In this document: in pieces, positions 23,453 to 35,630 of the stretch
Layout of the letters: each line of letters starts with the position of its first letter
Numbering within the stretch: position 1 is the first letter of the stretch
Notes under the pieces: generated by a model
What the model was told of the DNA's origin: nothing
Databases searched by the model: none
The model's input: the letters and a program-made list of their open reading frames with translations, nothing else
Made by a program: the position numbers and the translations under genes
Origin: Owenia fusiformis
Lineage: Eukaryota
DNA: 64,000 nt
Assembly: GCA_903813345.2 (NCBI GenBank)
Contig: CAIIXF020000001.1
Location: 35,588,001 to 35,652,000 of the forward strand
Reading direction: 5' to 3'

Positions 23453-26400
23453 ATGGGGATCAGGGGCCTCTTATCATTCATCCTAGAGGCCAGGGACCAG
23501 TGTGTGAACTATCAAGACTTGGTGAACATTGCACGGGAGCGCAATGGAATAGAAATCTTGGTGGACTACTATTCATTTCAGCAGTACCTCGTTGAAAGGT
23601 TCTGGCAGGGAATGGAGAAACATTGTACAAATGAATTCCTGAAACTCTATGGTGGAGAATATAAATCGCTGGATAGATTTGTCACTAAACTTGTTACTGA
23701 TCTGAAATCTCTGGATATACACTTAGTGATGTATGTTGATGGTGCTAAGGGAAGCTCTAGAAGTGCAACTGAACAAAAATTTGAAACCTGGAAAAGTAGA
23801 CATAGAAATGATATTGAGAGGATGCATTATCTGATAGACGTTTGTAATGGGCGTCGTCAGATTCAGGATCTGCCTGATAGAACTAACATACGACCAGTTT
23901 GTCAAGAGATACAAATGTATGATACTTTAAAACAATGTGGTGTGGAGATTGTACAATGTACTTATGGCGAGGCTGATTTTGTGATAGCAAGAGCTCTTCA
24001 AGTGAGACCCAAAGCTTATGTAGTTCTGAGTAATGACACAGATTTTGCTTTGATGAGGGACTGTATGTTTATACCATATGAGCTGTTTGATGTGCATGGT
24101 GATCTAACACTGGGAGAAGGTGCTTATACAGAAAAGCCTATCAGGCTAGAAGTTGGAGTTGTATCTACCACGAGTGTAGGCCCAGCTCTGCGTGTATGCA
24201 TTATGATATTTTATCATATTTCTAAATTAGAAAGTTGTTAAATTAATTAGACAGCTTTTTAAAGTTTGATTCTAAAAATGAAATTCAATTAATTAATTTT
24301 CTTACAAGTTGACATTTTGTTATTGTTTCTCTTTTTCATCATAGTTATACTCACAATTTGGATATGTTTATCACTTCAAGGTACCCATACAGAGATTAGA
24401 TTTTCAATTAATTAAAGGACTGACTTTTATGTTTACAAAATATATACTGAATGTCTTCAGCCTAGAGAATCATAGACTAATATGTGACTCTTTAACTTTC
24501 TTTAATCATACGTTTCTTGCATTTTAGCTTGGTACTGACCATAGTGCCCTGGTTGAGTTCAGCATTATAGCAGGCAATGACTTCACCAGTCACTTCACTC
24601 GATCTCTGGTCCATCAGATAGGGCTTAATAGGCACCCCAAGGTTCTGGATTATGCTCAGTGGATTGTTAAACACAGAAATGTACAAAACCACCCAGCAGT
24701 TGCCAAACTTATGGTAAGACTGACAAGATACACAACCCCTAACATGTGTCAATTGTAACTGTGCAAAAATTACAACCTCTCTTGTAATTGACTCAAATAT
24801 TGTGCCATCTTGTAGTATATCATGGTAAGAATGATACCTGTTTGCAATGCTGTTCAGAATAATGATATGCATGTATAGTGTATACCCATTTGATTCTTGT
24901 AGCAAAATAGTCGAGCATTTTCTGATGCTGTGAAAAGAACACGTCAATTCTACACACTCAACTTCCATGAGGAGATCCCACCAAGTAGTGAACAAACCAG
25001 CCATATTGATGAACACATCAAGAATGGGAACTTTCCACCTGCCATCATGGCCATGCATTGTTGTTTCTACTGGCACAGGCAATTACTTGAGGATTGCTCT
25101 AGGGGTCACCCCACTGTGGAAATTGCTCTCTCTGGCTTCAGGGAATTCCTATACAGGTATACAGGGTGTCCTAAAAGTTCAAAAACACGAAACCTTATAC
25201 AACTTCTTGAGATATCACAGTCAAAAGATAATGTTGCAACTCAGACTACAAGTAAAGATATTTTAAATGACATATTTTAATAACATGGACCTACTTGACT
25301 TGACCTAGAAATCATATTTTCAAAAGATTCATGATTAGACTTCATGTGTAGTTTTTAAAAATGCACTTTTAGATGAAATATCAGACGTAGATTAATTTTC
25401 CAATATGATATCACTTTAACTAAATTTTGAATATTCAATGATGAAAAAGAAGATAATATCTACTTGCATCCATCACATACATTTAATACATACAGAATAT
25501 CACATCATTTTGAGTGATATCATTTTTATCGCCGAGTGAATGAGTGTTGATATTTGATATCTACGAGGCGATAAAATGATATCACGAGAAATTATGTGAT
25601 ATTGGGTTTATCCCATGATTACAATCACATTTAATAATAAAATATAATAAAAATATAATAAAATATAACAAGAGAATAAATTATCTGACCTAATTTCCAA
25701 CAATATTGTGGCGCGAAATGCAAATGTGATATCACACGGATATGCGTGAGATAAACGATATCACACGCATATGAGTTTGATAAACGATTTTCTGGAAAAT
25801 ATCACACGGATTTCAATAATATCAGAAATATCAATAGCTGTTATTGTACAGATAACACATTAATCGTGGGATAATATATAATAACAGTTTGATGTGTTTT
25901 ATTTCAGGCTGTTGTTGGAGAGAAACATGCAGTTCTCTATGGAGCATGGTCGAACACCAATGACAGAGTTTGCCTCTGCCAAAGTAATGTATACTTTTAT
26001 TTATTGAAAACACTACATTTTGATAAAAACACTTTCATTTTGATAGAGAGCCATAAAATCACACAAGATGAAATACTTCAAATCCCATTCACATACTTCC
26101 CTTTTCCCTTTTGATAATTTCATATTTCTATTCATTATAGGTGTTCAAGTCAAGGGCTCCAGGTATTCCCCTTGTTCACCATGTCTCTCCAGACAAGGTC
26201 TTCTCAAGTTTAAAGCTGTTCCATAGGATTCTAACATCTCTTGAACCACCAGGTATTAGGGGTTGTATTTTCCTTACTGCATTCCTTGTCATATCTATTT
26301 TATAAAAGATTCATCAGTTCTGACTTTATCAGTTTAGACTTTATTTCATGATAATGTATTAGTTTAATTTGTGTTATTTGGTGATAATATCTGAGGATGT

Positions 26401-28155
26401 TACACAATTATCCCAAGATTGGAACATCTTGTAAGCTGTTATTTCCTATGTCATTGCAGGGACATCGGATCACATTTGAAAAGGGGGGCGCGTTTTCCGG
26501 AAAATATAGGTGGAGCTGCATGGCCGAAGGACATAAAATCATTTTTTTGTAAAATAAAGACAGGTTTGGGAGGGGGTGGGCGTCCCAGACACTCCCCCGA
26601 ATGCGCCTTTGGGTACCCTAATAGATAAATAAATAATATCCCTGGCCATCACTTATTTTTAACAACCGATAGATCTACCGCTAATATGTTATTTTGCGAA
26701 AATAGATTACAATTTAAAAAGTAGAGTTTTGCCGACTTTTGCTAGAAATTTCAACAAAGCTGCAATATTTATTTTTACGAGGACGTTTACAAATAAGTCG
26801 CAGAATGTATACGTGCAAGGAAATGTGACATCTGGTTTTATGATTTTTTCAACGAATACACAACTGAGGTGTTAAAAAGGCACAAAGCCACCAACGTGCA
26901 AAAGTCAATGTGTGACTAGGCCTATAGAGAACAGAGTCCGCGCCGTATTTGAAAAAGGGGTCGGGGTGCTTTTTCTAGAAAATATAGATGGCTAGGAAAG
27001 TGATGGCATGGAAGAAGACAGCGCATCTGGGGGCCCGGCCCCCGTGGAAAATTGTTGTTCGTGTTCGCACCCAACGCACCCCCCTTATTGATGCCCATGC
27101 ATTGCTTCTATGTATGTCTTTTTGTGAGCAATTTTTATATCCTTAAGTATATTTTCAGATTACAACATTGATTTCTTCCATCGATATGGGAGAAAGAATG
27201 GATTTGTGTGCTACGTATTGAGATACTTTCTCATGCTGAATGTTGGCCGAAATCTCAATGTGACATTTGATGAACTCTTAGCACTGATAGCCATGACTTT
27301 CTCCCGCGGGAGATATGAAGACACCTACCAATGTATAGCAGTTAGGCCCAGCATTAGGGCTATCACTCTTGGAAACTGGTTCCAGGTATGTCACCGATAT
27401 AACCCTAAATACAGTACAGTGGAACCTGTATATCTGAACACCTGGCTAATCCGAACATCTCCCAATCTGAATACAGTACATAATGATTATCTGTAATTTC
27501 AGTAAACTTATAAAATTCAGATTCCTTTTTCGGAATTGATGTTGATTGTTGAAAATGTAATTCCTCGGGCCATTTTATCATTTTGATAAACTGATTTCTA
27601 ACGACCACTTAATTTTCTCTTATCACAGGATATCTACAGACACGCCTATGATTTCCTAGCCAAGGTGCTATTTCTGTCCCATGAATTCTGCAAGCCAAGA
27701 GAGATCTTTTCAGGCTCCACATGGTTGGCATTCTACACAGTCACATGTACTCCCAACTCAGGTAAGTCTGTTCACTTGGCTGGCTTTCTAGGTCTCTCTT
27801 TGGTTAGTCTTCTACGGAAAGGCATTTACATAGCACTGTTTATTATATGTATTAATTGATAATCTACCCATTAGTTCAACTTATTCGTCTGTCAGACAGA
27901 TCTTGCACCTTTGACCCACAATCTGATTTCTACACTTGCTTATGTAGGGTGCCAATCCAGAAACAAAGAAGAAGAACCAGAAAGTGAGGTATATGACCAT
28001 CTTGTAATAATTTAATGTATGATGTATATCCAGGTGGTTTGACACATGAGAAGGTCCACACAGTTAGGAATGACTACAAATTTCAGCTGAAGGACAAACA
28101 ACACATGATCAAGTTCATCATGCAAGGGGTCTTTGACTTTAACTTTAGAATGTAA
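23453..28155 (+). CDS. ASTE1 (asteroid)/FAM120-family XPG/FEN1-like PIN-domain protein, 616 aa, 8 coding exons
   Basis: Exons 23453-24193, 24528-24713, 24903-25156, 25908-25983, 26141-26252, 27159-27385, 27629-27761, 28034-28155. All GT-AG with consistent phases, 1851 nt. Motifs MGIRGL, ILVD, YGGEY, YVDG, GEAD, SNDTDF, AGNDF. Confidence 0.88.
25495..25874 (+). mobile_element. Hairpin + inverted-repeat element (copy C), intronic
   Basis: Hairpin ~25497-25603. IR TTATCCCATGATTA (25608-25621) / TAATCGTGGGATAA (25861-25874). Confidence 0.7.
26457..27099. mobile_element. Short-TIR element with 5-bp TSD CATTG (hAT5-like)
   Basis: CATTG|CAGGGACATC ... GATGCCCATG|CATTG, with G/C tracts near the ends. 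Confidence 0.6.
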
Positions 28156-28299
28156 CAAGTTAATTGTTCACAGCTAGAGGATTATTAGGGACTAGAGGAT
28201 TGTTATGTAAAGATGCAATGTGCTATAAGTTGAGAGTTTAAATCTGGTCCAAATTTCTGGACATACTGGTTGTAAGAGAAATACACTTTAGCTTATTTA

Positions 28300-29318
28300 C
28301 AGGGTGGGCCAAAAAACCATCCACATTTTTATTTTTGTAATATATTTTCTGATAAATAAAGAATATCCATAAATTATATAACACTAGAAAGATAATTTAA
28401 TTGCCAACAAAATTATATATGATTCATAAAATATGAATGGCTATTGGTGACTCCATGATAATTTCCGTATCATGAGGTAGTGACGGTCGAAAACAAGATT
28501 TTGCTATGTTTTGAGCTTATTACATAATATTGCATTGCTCAATCTACACTTTAAGGCTTTTATATAATTAGAAAAAGTATTGGAGTTCAGTTTTATTGTT
28601 TTTGGATCATTTTAAAGCTCTAAAATAATCATGGAACATATTTTTATGCATTGTAGTTTGCTCTAAAGTTAGATTGCTAGATACATTGATATTTGCTTCA
28701 AACACATTTTGCTAAAAAACTCAGTTGAAATTTTGCCCTAACCCATGATATTGAATTTTCCATTATTTCCTCTTTTGGTGTCAATCAGTGCATTGTCTGC
28801 CATTTAAATTGTCAGTTAAGTTAAGTTATATAAGTACAACATCATCATTGACCATTTCATGATTATTTTAACCTTGAATAGGCATTACTGAAAGTGAATA
28901 AATATTCAACTAGCCTATTTGATAGACTTAACTGCATTATTTAGGCTATATTACTAATATCTATCAAAATGGTAAAAGAACTCAATGATATTGCATTTGT
29001 AAATCATTTTCCTTGCATAAATCAACAATTTTGACCTTCTATAATTAGAATTATATCCCCGAAGCTGATATTGGGGTTCTGTCTGGTCAGTTCTAAGCAT
29101 TCTGTATTCAGCAATCAGTAAATCATGATTTTGACCCCTGTGGTAATCAAAATGTTATCATGTGACAAATACTCATTTATGTGAAATGAATTACATATGT
29201 ATATATTATTTTGTTGGAAATTGAATTGCCTTTCCAATGATATATGCTTTAAACATTTGTCTGTAATATTAAAAACATTGTAGCAAAACAAAAGTGGATG
29301 TTTTTTTGGCCCACCCTG
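28300..29318. mobile_element. Tc1/mariner-type MITE, TA TSD
   Basis: TA|CAGGGTGGGCCAAAAAACCATCCAC ... GTGGATGTTTTTTTGGCCCACCCTG|TA. Confidence 0.85.
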
Positions 29319-29345
29319 TATATACTGGTATGTTGACCTGTAATA

Positions 29346-29651
29346 CACCATTCAAAAGTTTGTGTGAGACCCCCCACATGGGGATGGATGGTGAATTTGA
29401 CAAAAGAAATTTGGCCTGTCTAATTCCTTAGCCTGGGGTCAAATAAATGTGTCATGAATGTTGAGGGATACACATACAGTACTTTGTGTATTAGCCCTAT
29501 ATGTCAATATTTTTTTAATTAGAGAGACCATATATGGTCCCCGGCACGACAATCTTTGTCAAATTCCCACCCCTAGTTGTGTATCAAACTCCCTTCACTC
29601 CTCGCGTAGGGGGGGGGGGGGTGGGGGTCTCACGCAAACTTTTGAAAGGTG
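29346..29651. mobile_element. MITE with ~30-bp TIRs and internal symmetry
   Basis: CACCATTCAAAAGTTTGTGTGAGACCCCC / GGGGGTCTCACGCAAACTTTTGAAAGGTG. Confidence 0.75.
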
Positions 29652-30155
29652 CATAACAAAGATATAATTTGGCTTGATGAATCAATGAGCACTATGTCTT
29701 TCAGAACAAGTACAGTGTAAATTTATACAGTCTGCAAGGTTTAAATGCATGAAATGCAGAAATAATTCTTAAGCCCAAGAAAAAATTCTTAACTTGTCAT
29801 TAAAATCTTTTTAATCAATATAATTAATTAGGGTAGAATGTGGAACTCTATTTTGATTATTTGATAATAATAATTCTTCCAGACAGAATTAAAAGATTTT
29901 CTTATTTCCAATGATAGATAACTTCAATTTAATTCTTAAATTTTCTTTGTTATTGGATATACATGTAGTACATATACTTATACAACATGCTTGTACTTTT
30001 ATTTCAGTGATTTTATGTATTAATATTGTATAAGCAGTATTGCTGTCAATGGAACAAAATAAATAATTTATTTTTTATACACAACCATTTATTTTGTGAA
30101 TCATTTCCAAATTGGGATCTTAATTAGGTGATGGTGAATGATTGAGATACAAGAT

Positions 30156-30342
30156 CATGGGCGTAGCGCTATTTTTCTAAGTAGTACGCCACAACCACAG
30201 GAACAAGAGTTGAGTGAATCAAAAAACGAGCATTCAGGGGGGTTATCCCCCAGGAAAATTTTCAAATTTGGTTCTCTGAGAGCGAATTTGCAACCATCTG
30301 GTACGCCTGTGCGTACCCAGCGTACCGGGCGCTACGCCCATG
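30156..30342. mobile_element. Short MITE with 5-bp TSD AAGAT (hAT5-like)
   Basis: AAGAT|CATGGGCGTAGCGC ... GCGCTACGCCCATG|AAGAT. Confidence 0.7.
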
Positions 30343-30748
30343 AAGATAGAATTTGATTACCAAAGTTCAGCTCTGAATATAAATTACAATTTAAAATATG
30401 AGGGCAGTTAGTAAGAAACTTTCTGATCAGTTAATTACAACACTGGAAAAAGGAAATATCAAAGCTAAATCCAATTTAGTATTTTTTATATACTTCTTAT
30501 TTTACGTAGCGAAAGCTTCAGGGTGAAAGTCATCATGACCACACTAGATCATGTCACCTTTGGTTAGTTCATTGATATTCAATTCCTCTTAAATTCCTTT
30601 TACACATCTGGCCATTGGTGCAAATGTCACAATAAATCCAATAGGTCAATGACCAAAATATCCAATTCACATAGCCTATATCTTCAATGTGAATGAAGGA
30701 TAAAAATGTCCTAGCTAAGGAAATTCAAAATCCATTGTGAAACATGTG

Positions 30749-33700
30749 TCACGACTCTGTGCTATTGAAGCTATTGGATAATGTTGAAGTAGTTATGTCA
30801 TCAATGTCTATAGATACAATATGCCTGCCAGGGATCATAGAGAGACCTAGTGTCCTTGGTTCTTCTTTTTTATCAACAGATTCTTCATCTGCAACATACA
30901 TACGGTATATACAAGTGTTATCACTGGGATATATGCCAGGATCTAAAAATAGTCTAGGCGATTTAAATAGACATTCTTCAACCAAAAAGGATATTTAAAA
31001 CTTCTATGGGACATCATTTTCAGCTTTAGTCTGAATGTATTTCTGTAAAATTTTGGCAGTTGGCTCCCCTGCATCACAGGTAATACATGGAGTACATGCC
31101 AATTATGTAAATTATGTTCATATTATCAAAGCTTGAATTCAGTTCACAGTTAAAATGATTACAATGATTTTACTGACTAAAGAGGGAAGGATATTTACCA
31201 GGAGAATGGAGATATTCTTGGCAAGACCCTAAAATTACATTTTTATCTTTGTCTGTGCACAAGAACACACCTGAAATGAAAGAATAATAAAATGATCCAA
31301 CTGCAGCAACTTTTACATAAAGAGCATCCATATGTATGGTAAGTATGGTATGAGGTAAATGCATACCTTTTGGTCTTTTCTCATAATGAGGCCATAGTTT
31401 TATAATTATGACAAATGCAATATCAATATTTAAGGGAGGGGTAGGGGAAAATCAATTACATAGATTTTTAAAATGAAGTGACTTATTTTTAAACGAAAAA
31501 TAAATAATTTTTCAATTGAATAGTTAAAGGGGAAAGGAAGGAAATACAATGAATTAACTGTGCTCAATTGGGGCGCACCTTCAATGTATTTCTTTTTTGG
31601 ACAACAGACAAAAGAGGCTAGACATTGCAGAATCTATTACTTGATAGGGGTGTGCCTCTTTTAGAATCTTTAAATGAAATAAATTGCAATACCAATAAGA
31701 GTTCTTCCATCTGTCATTTTAATCTTCATCGTTTTGTTGAGCCATCCTTCCAGCTTCTTCATTTTTTCTGCTCTATCAGACGTCTGGTCTTCACTCTGGA
31801 ATAAAAAGATAGCTGTGGACTAAGCAAAATTGTATATTATAGACAGAACATATTGAAAAAAAATTCCACGATTCTATTATGATTTGCATGCTCTTTACAC
31901 TGGCACAAGTAGCACTGGCAAATCCTTTGGTTCTTCATTGAAGCAGAGACATATAAATGTAAAATGAAGAAGAATTGAGGGGGTGAATCTTCATTTCACA
32001 CCCCTCAATATGATCGGCCAAATGGGTTCAATTGTTTTTAACAAGCACAGGGTGCAATGGTTCGATTTCTATGTCATGACTACAATAATTAAAATTCAAC
32101 TTCTCAACTGTTTTTTCACTTCAGAATTTAATTTGTGAGTTTTGGTCTCATTAACTATTCAAAACAACCAAGAAGCAATCAAAACATATGTAAGTTACAG
32201 TCTTTTGGAGTGCTTTGATGAACTGATAGGTAATTTACTCTTGCCAAGAAAAATGTCCACCATTCTTTAGTCCTTGCTTGATCGCAGTGAAGGAACTACA
32301 ACCCAATGACTGGAAAGGTGGTTCACCTTGATATTTAGCAAGATACCTTCCAATATTACAATGTGTAATTTATTTTACGTAAACACTATTTGGTGCAATC
32401 TGAGCATTTTGAGAAATACAATACATTAACATAACAAAATGTCACAACATAGTTGCTCACAGATTTGAATTTCTGAGAACTTGCATCTATGATTTTGGAA
32501 AAAATTGGTAGTTTGATGCAAGTTGAAAATACCTTTTTTGACCCTGAAGGTAATCTCAAATCTTCAGATTTGAACTCATAGATGATTTTGAAAAGAAAAA
32601 TTGGTCAATTTGAAGCAATTTGAAAAATCTATTTTCAATTGACCTTTTTTGACATTGAGAAAATCAACTTTCAAATCGATAGTCAGATTTGAGCTTTTGA
32701 AACTTGCAGATGATTTTGAAAAAAAATTGATCAATTTGAAGCAAGTTGAAAATACCGTTTTGACCTTTTATGGCCTTGAGAAGGTCAAATCTTAAATCCA
32801 AAGTCAGATTTGAACTTCTGATAACTTGTAGATGATTTTGAAAAAAATGAAGTCAGTCTAAACAGTATTTGTTAAGTTATTGGAAGTTGCAAGAATTTGT
32901 TACAGACACCGATCGCCAACCACCAACCGCCACTTGCCGATCGCGAACTACTGTCACATATAACAACAATATGTCACCACTTTTTGGTGGATAACAAATG
33001 ATTCTCTTTTGATAAAACTAAATCAATGTATGTATGATTTATCAAATTAATATTGATAAGTCTTTTGGTACCCAGAAATCAATAATATCCTGAGTCTTTA
33101 ATTTGTCACCTGTGATTACCTTTACATCTTATTTACCTGTTGCTAGGATTGGGTGCTATGAATTACATCTTATAAGTTTACCCTCTATCCGTTGTCCGAT
33201 GTTGCAAACACAAGTCAAATACTTCACAATTTGTCGGATCTCTTTCCTTTGAAAATCTCATTTACAAAGAAATGACTGCAAGTGGAATCTTATCTCATCC
33301 AAAATTTGGGGCAGTTTCAGAGGTCATAATTACACAAACTTGATATTATGATATGATAATATCAGATCATGTGAAAGGTGAATGGAATATGACTACATCG
33401 ATCTCACATCTAAGTGTAGTATTTGGAAACTAGACGTTGAAAATTTGAACAAACGAAGGTGGTAAGGAAGAGACGTAATTATGTCTGCCATCGCTATAGC
33501 TCTGGGTGTCCCCTCCACTTGTCTAAAGTGGTGAACATAAATAATAACTAACACAATGAAAAAGACATTCTGTCACATATGTCATAAATTCTTATCTTAG
33601 TGAATTGAGTGCTCTATTATCTCCATCCCGGAACGTACAAATATAGTGGAATTTGTGTCCATAATGACAAATAGAAACTTAAAAAGGTCCACGTGCAGTA

Positions 33701-35352
33701 TGGCAAGTGATTTTAGACAGTCATATCTTTCACCATGAGTACTTTCTGGATATAAATACAGTGGTTATTATTAAAACAATATGTTTTCTTTCAAGTGAAG
33801 TCTCCATGATAGAAAAATATCAATCCAACTCTCTGATAAATTATGGATTAGGACCCCACCTTGTCACTTTTTTAAAAATGTAAGGCTTATTTTCTAAAAA
33901 GAGGATCTTTTTTCTCAATTTAAATATTTCAAAAGTTCTATCTACAATATATTAATAACTTCTGAAAAGGGGATGGGTATTGAAATGTGATAAAGTTAAA
34001 AACCACATTTCCCATGTTATTTTCCCACAGGGAAAACTCATGCTATCCATTATTTTCAGCATGATTTTGGTAATCGAAAATTGATATCTTCAAAACTAGA
34101 CTTTTAATACCATTCTACTTTTGAAGATGTTTTAGACCCCTTGTTGAATAATCTTTTCATGCAATAAAAATCAGAAAAAGAAGATCCTCTTTTGTGCAAA
34201 TAAGTTCAACATTTTGAAAAAAATTTTGACGTGGCGTCCCTATTCGATTGATATTTTTATCATCATGGGGACTTCACTTGAAAGAAAGCATATTGTTTTA
34301 ATAAAAACAACTGCATTTATGCTCAGAAAGTACTCATGGTGAAAGATGTGACTGTCTAAAATCACTTGCCATACTGCACGTGGACCTTTGAAGGGATATT
34401 CACATGTTAATGCCGACTCTTCAAATGTTGAGGTGATTTTGGAGCCCGATTTTGCCGAAAGGAGGATTGGCTCCCTATGGAAATGGAAGCTATGGAAATT
34501 ACATGCTGTCGCACATGTAATAAATTCTTACCTCAGTGTATTCAGTGCTCTATTTTCTCCATCCTATTAATTCCAGATATAGTGGAATTTGTGTCCATAG
34601 TGACAAATAAGAACTTAAAAATTTGAAGTGGAATTCACAAGTTAATGCCGACTCTTCTGATTCTGGAGCCCGATTATGCCGCAATGTGGATTGGCTCCAA
34701 GAATGCATCATGACACGTTTCATTGCATTCTGGGAGTCAATCCTCCTTGGATCACAAACATGGCGATTCATGAAAACATTTGTTCGATTTGGTAGGGATT
34801 TATCCATCATTTGCAGGTATGAAGCTTTGGATTCATTTATTGTGCTACTAAAGTGAACAGGAATTATTTTTCTACCGCTTGGGAGAGTTTGATACACGAA
34901 ACTTAGAATTTAGCTCATTGTGACAACTTTTGAGGGTTGAGATTTATTTTTGTCCCCCACTTTAGAAGCTTTGGATTCATTTATTGTGCTACTGAGCTCT
35001 ACTGAGAGTGGACGGGATTATTTTTCTACCGCTTGGGAGAGTTTGAGACATAAAACTTAGCTCATTGAGCTAAGTTAGTTCGTGAGAATTTAGCTCACTG
35101 TGACAACTTTTGATGGTTGAGGTTTATTATGACTCCGAACTTACAAATATTGGGCGATAATTGAGTAAATTTTATAAAAATTAAGTTTAACCAAGAAATA
35201 CTATTGTTGTAAGAAAGTATCTTAATGCGTATCATTTTGAAATAAAATTATTTAGCATCTCAAGTTATGATATTGCTACAAAAGAGCAAAAAAACTTCAT
35301 AAAACGATAAATAAAGCAATAAAAAAGTTACCCCCGGAAATTCACCAGCCAT
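30749..35352 (-). CDS. NAA38: N-alpha-acetyltransferase 38, NatC auxiliary subunit (LSm domain), 111 aa, 4 exons
   Basis: Exons 35352-35332 (MAGEFPG, accATGG context), 31795-31693, 31270-31199, 30888-30749. Phases 0/1/1 match. Sm fold WLNKTMKIKMTDGRTLIGVFLCTDKDKNVILGSCQEYL...EPRTLGLSMIPGRHIVSI. Confidence 0.92.
32440..32998 (+). mobile_element. Helentron-like element with internal tandem units, intronic
   Basis: Repeated 'tcagatttgaac..gatgattttgaaaaa..tttgacc' units. Ends in a hairpin-like GTCACCACTTTTTGGTGGATAAC. Confidence 0.5.
33686..34386. mobile_element. Spy-type MITE inserted at AAA|TTT with no TSD
   Basis: AAAAA|GGTCCACGTGCAGTATGGCAAGTGATTTTAGACAG ... CTGTCTAAAATCACTTGCCATACTGCACGTGGACC|TTTG. 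The paralogous empty site CTTAAAAATTTGAAG is at 34614-34628. Confidence 0.8.
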
Positions 35353-35630
35353 GGTACAATCTAAATGCTCACGTTGTTTCTCAACAGAAAACATCAATTA
35401 TAGATTAATATTCAATTTTTAAACACTGTTAATTCAATTGTAGCTTCTGAAATTCATACCACAATTATTTAATTAATTTTGTAAAATATTTTTCTTTCTG
35501 AATGACTATAGACGTTATATTTTGTGAATTTTCGTTTTACAACAGTTGCCACTCAGGGTTACGTTTGTGTATTGGCAACAGAACGAATTTTACGAAAGTG
35601 AAAAACGCCGCTTCTTACCCATTTTAAGCG

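Noticed and set aside
24492..25082. 196-aa minus-strand ORF
   Set aside because: Antisense shadow of two exons of the PIN nuclease gene.
33138..33261. Alternative NAA38 first coding exon (MRFSKERDP...)
   Set aside because: Hits a stop or gives a phase-1 donor incompatible with the phase-0 acceptor at 31795. The 35332-35352 exon fits.
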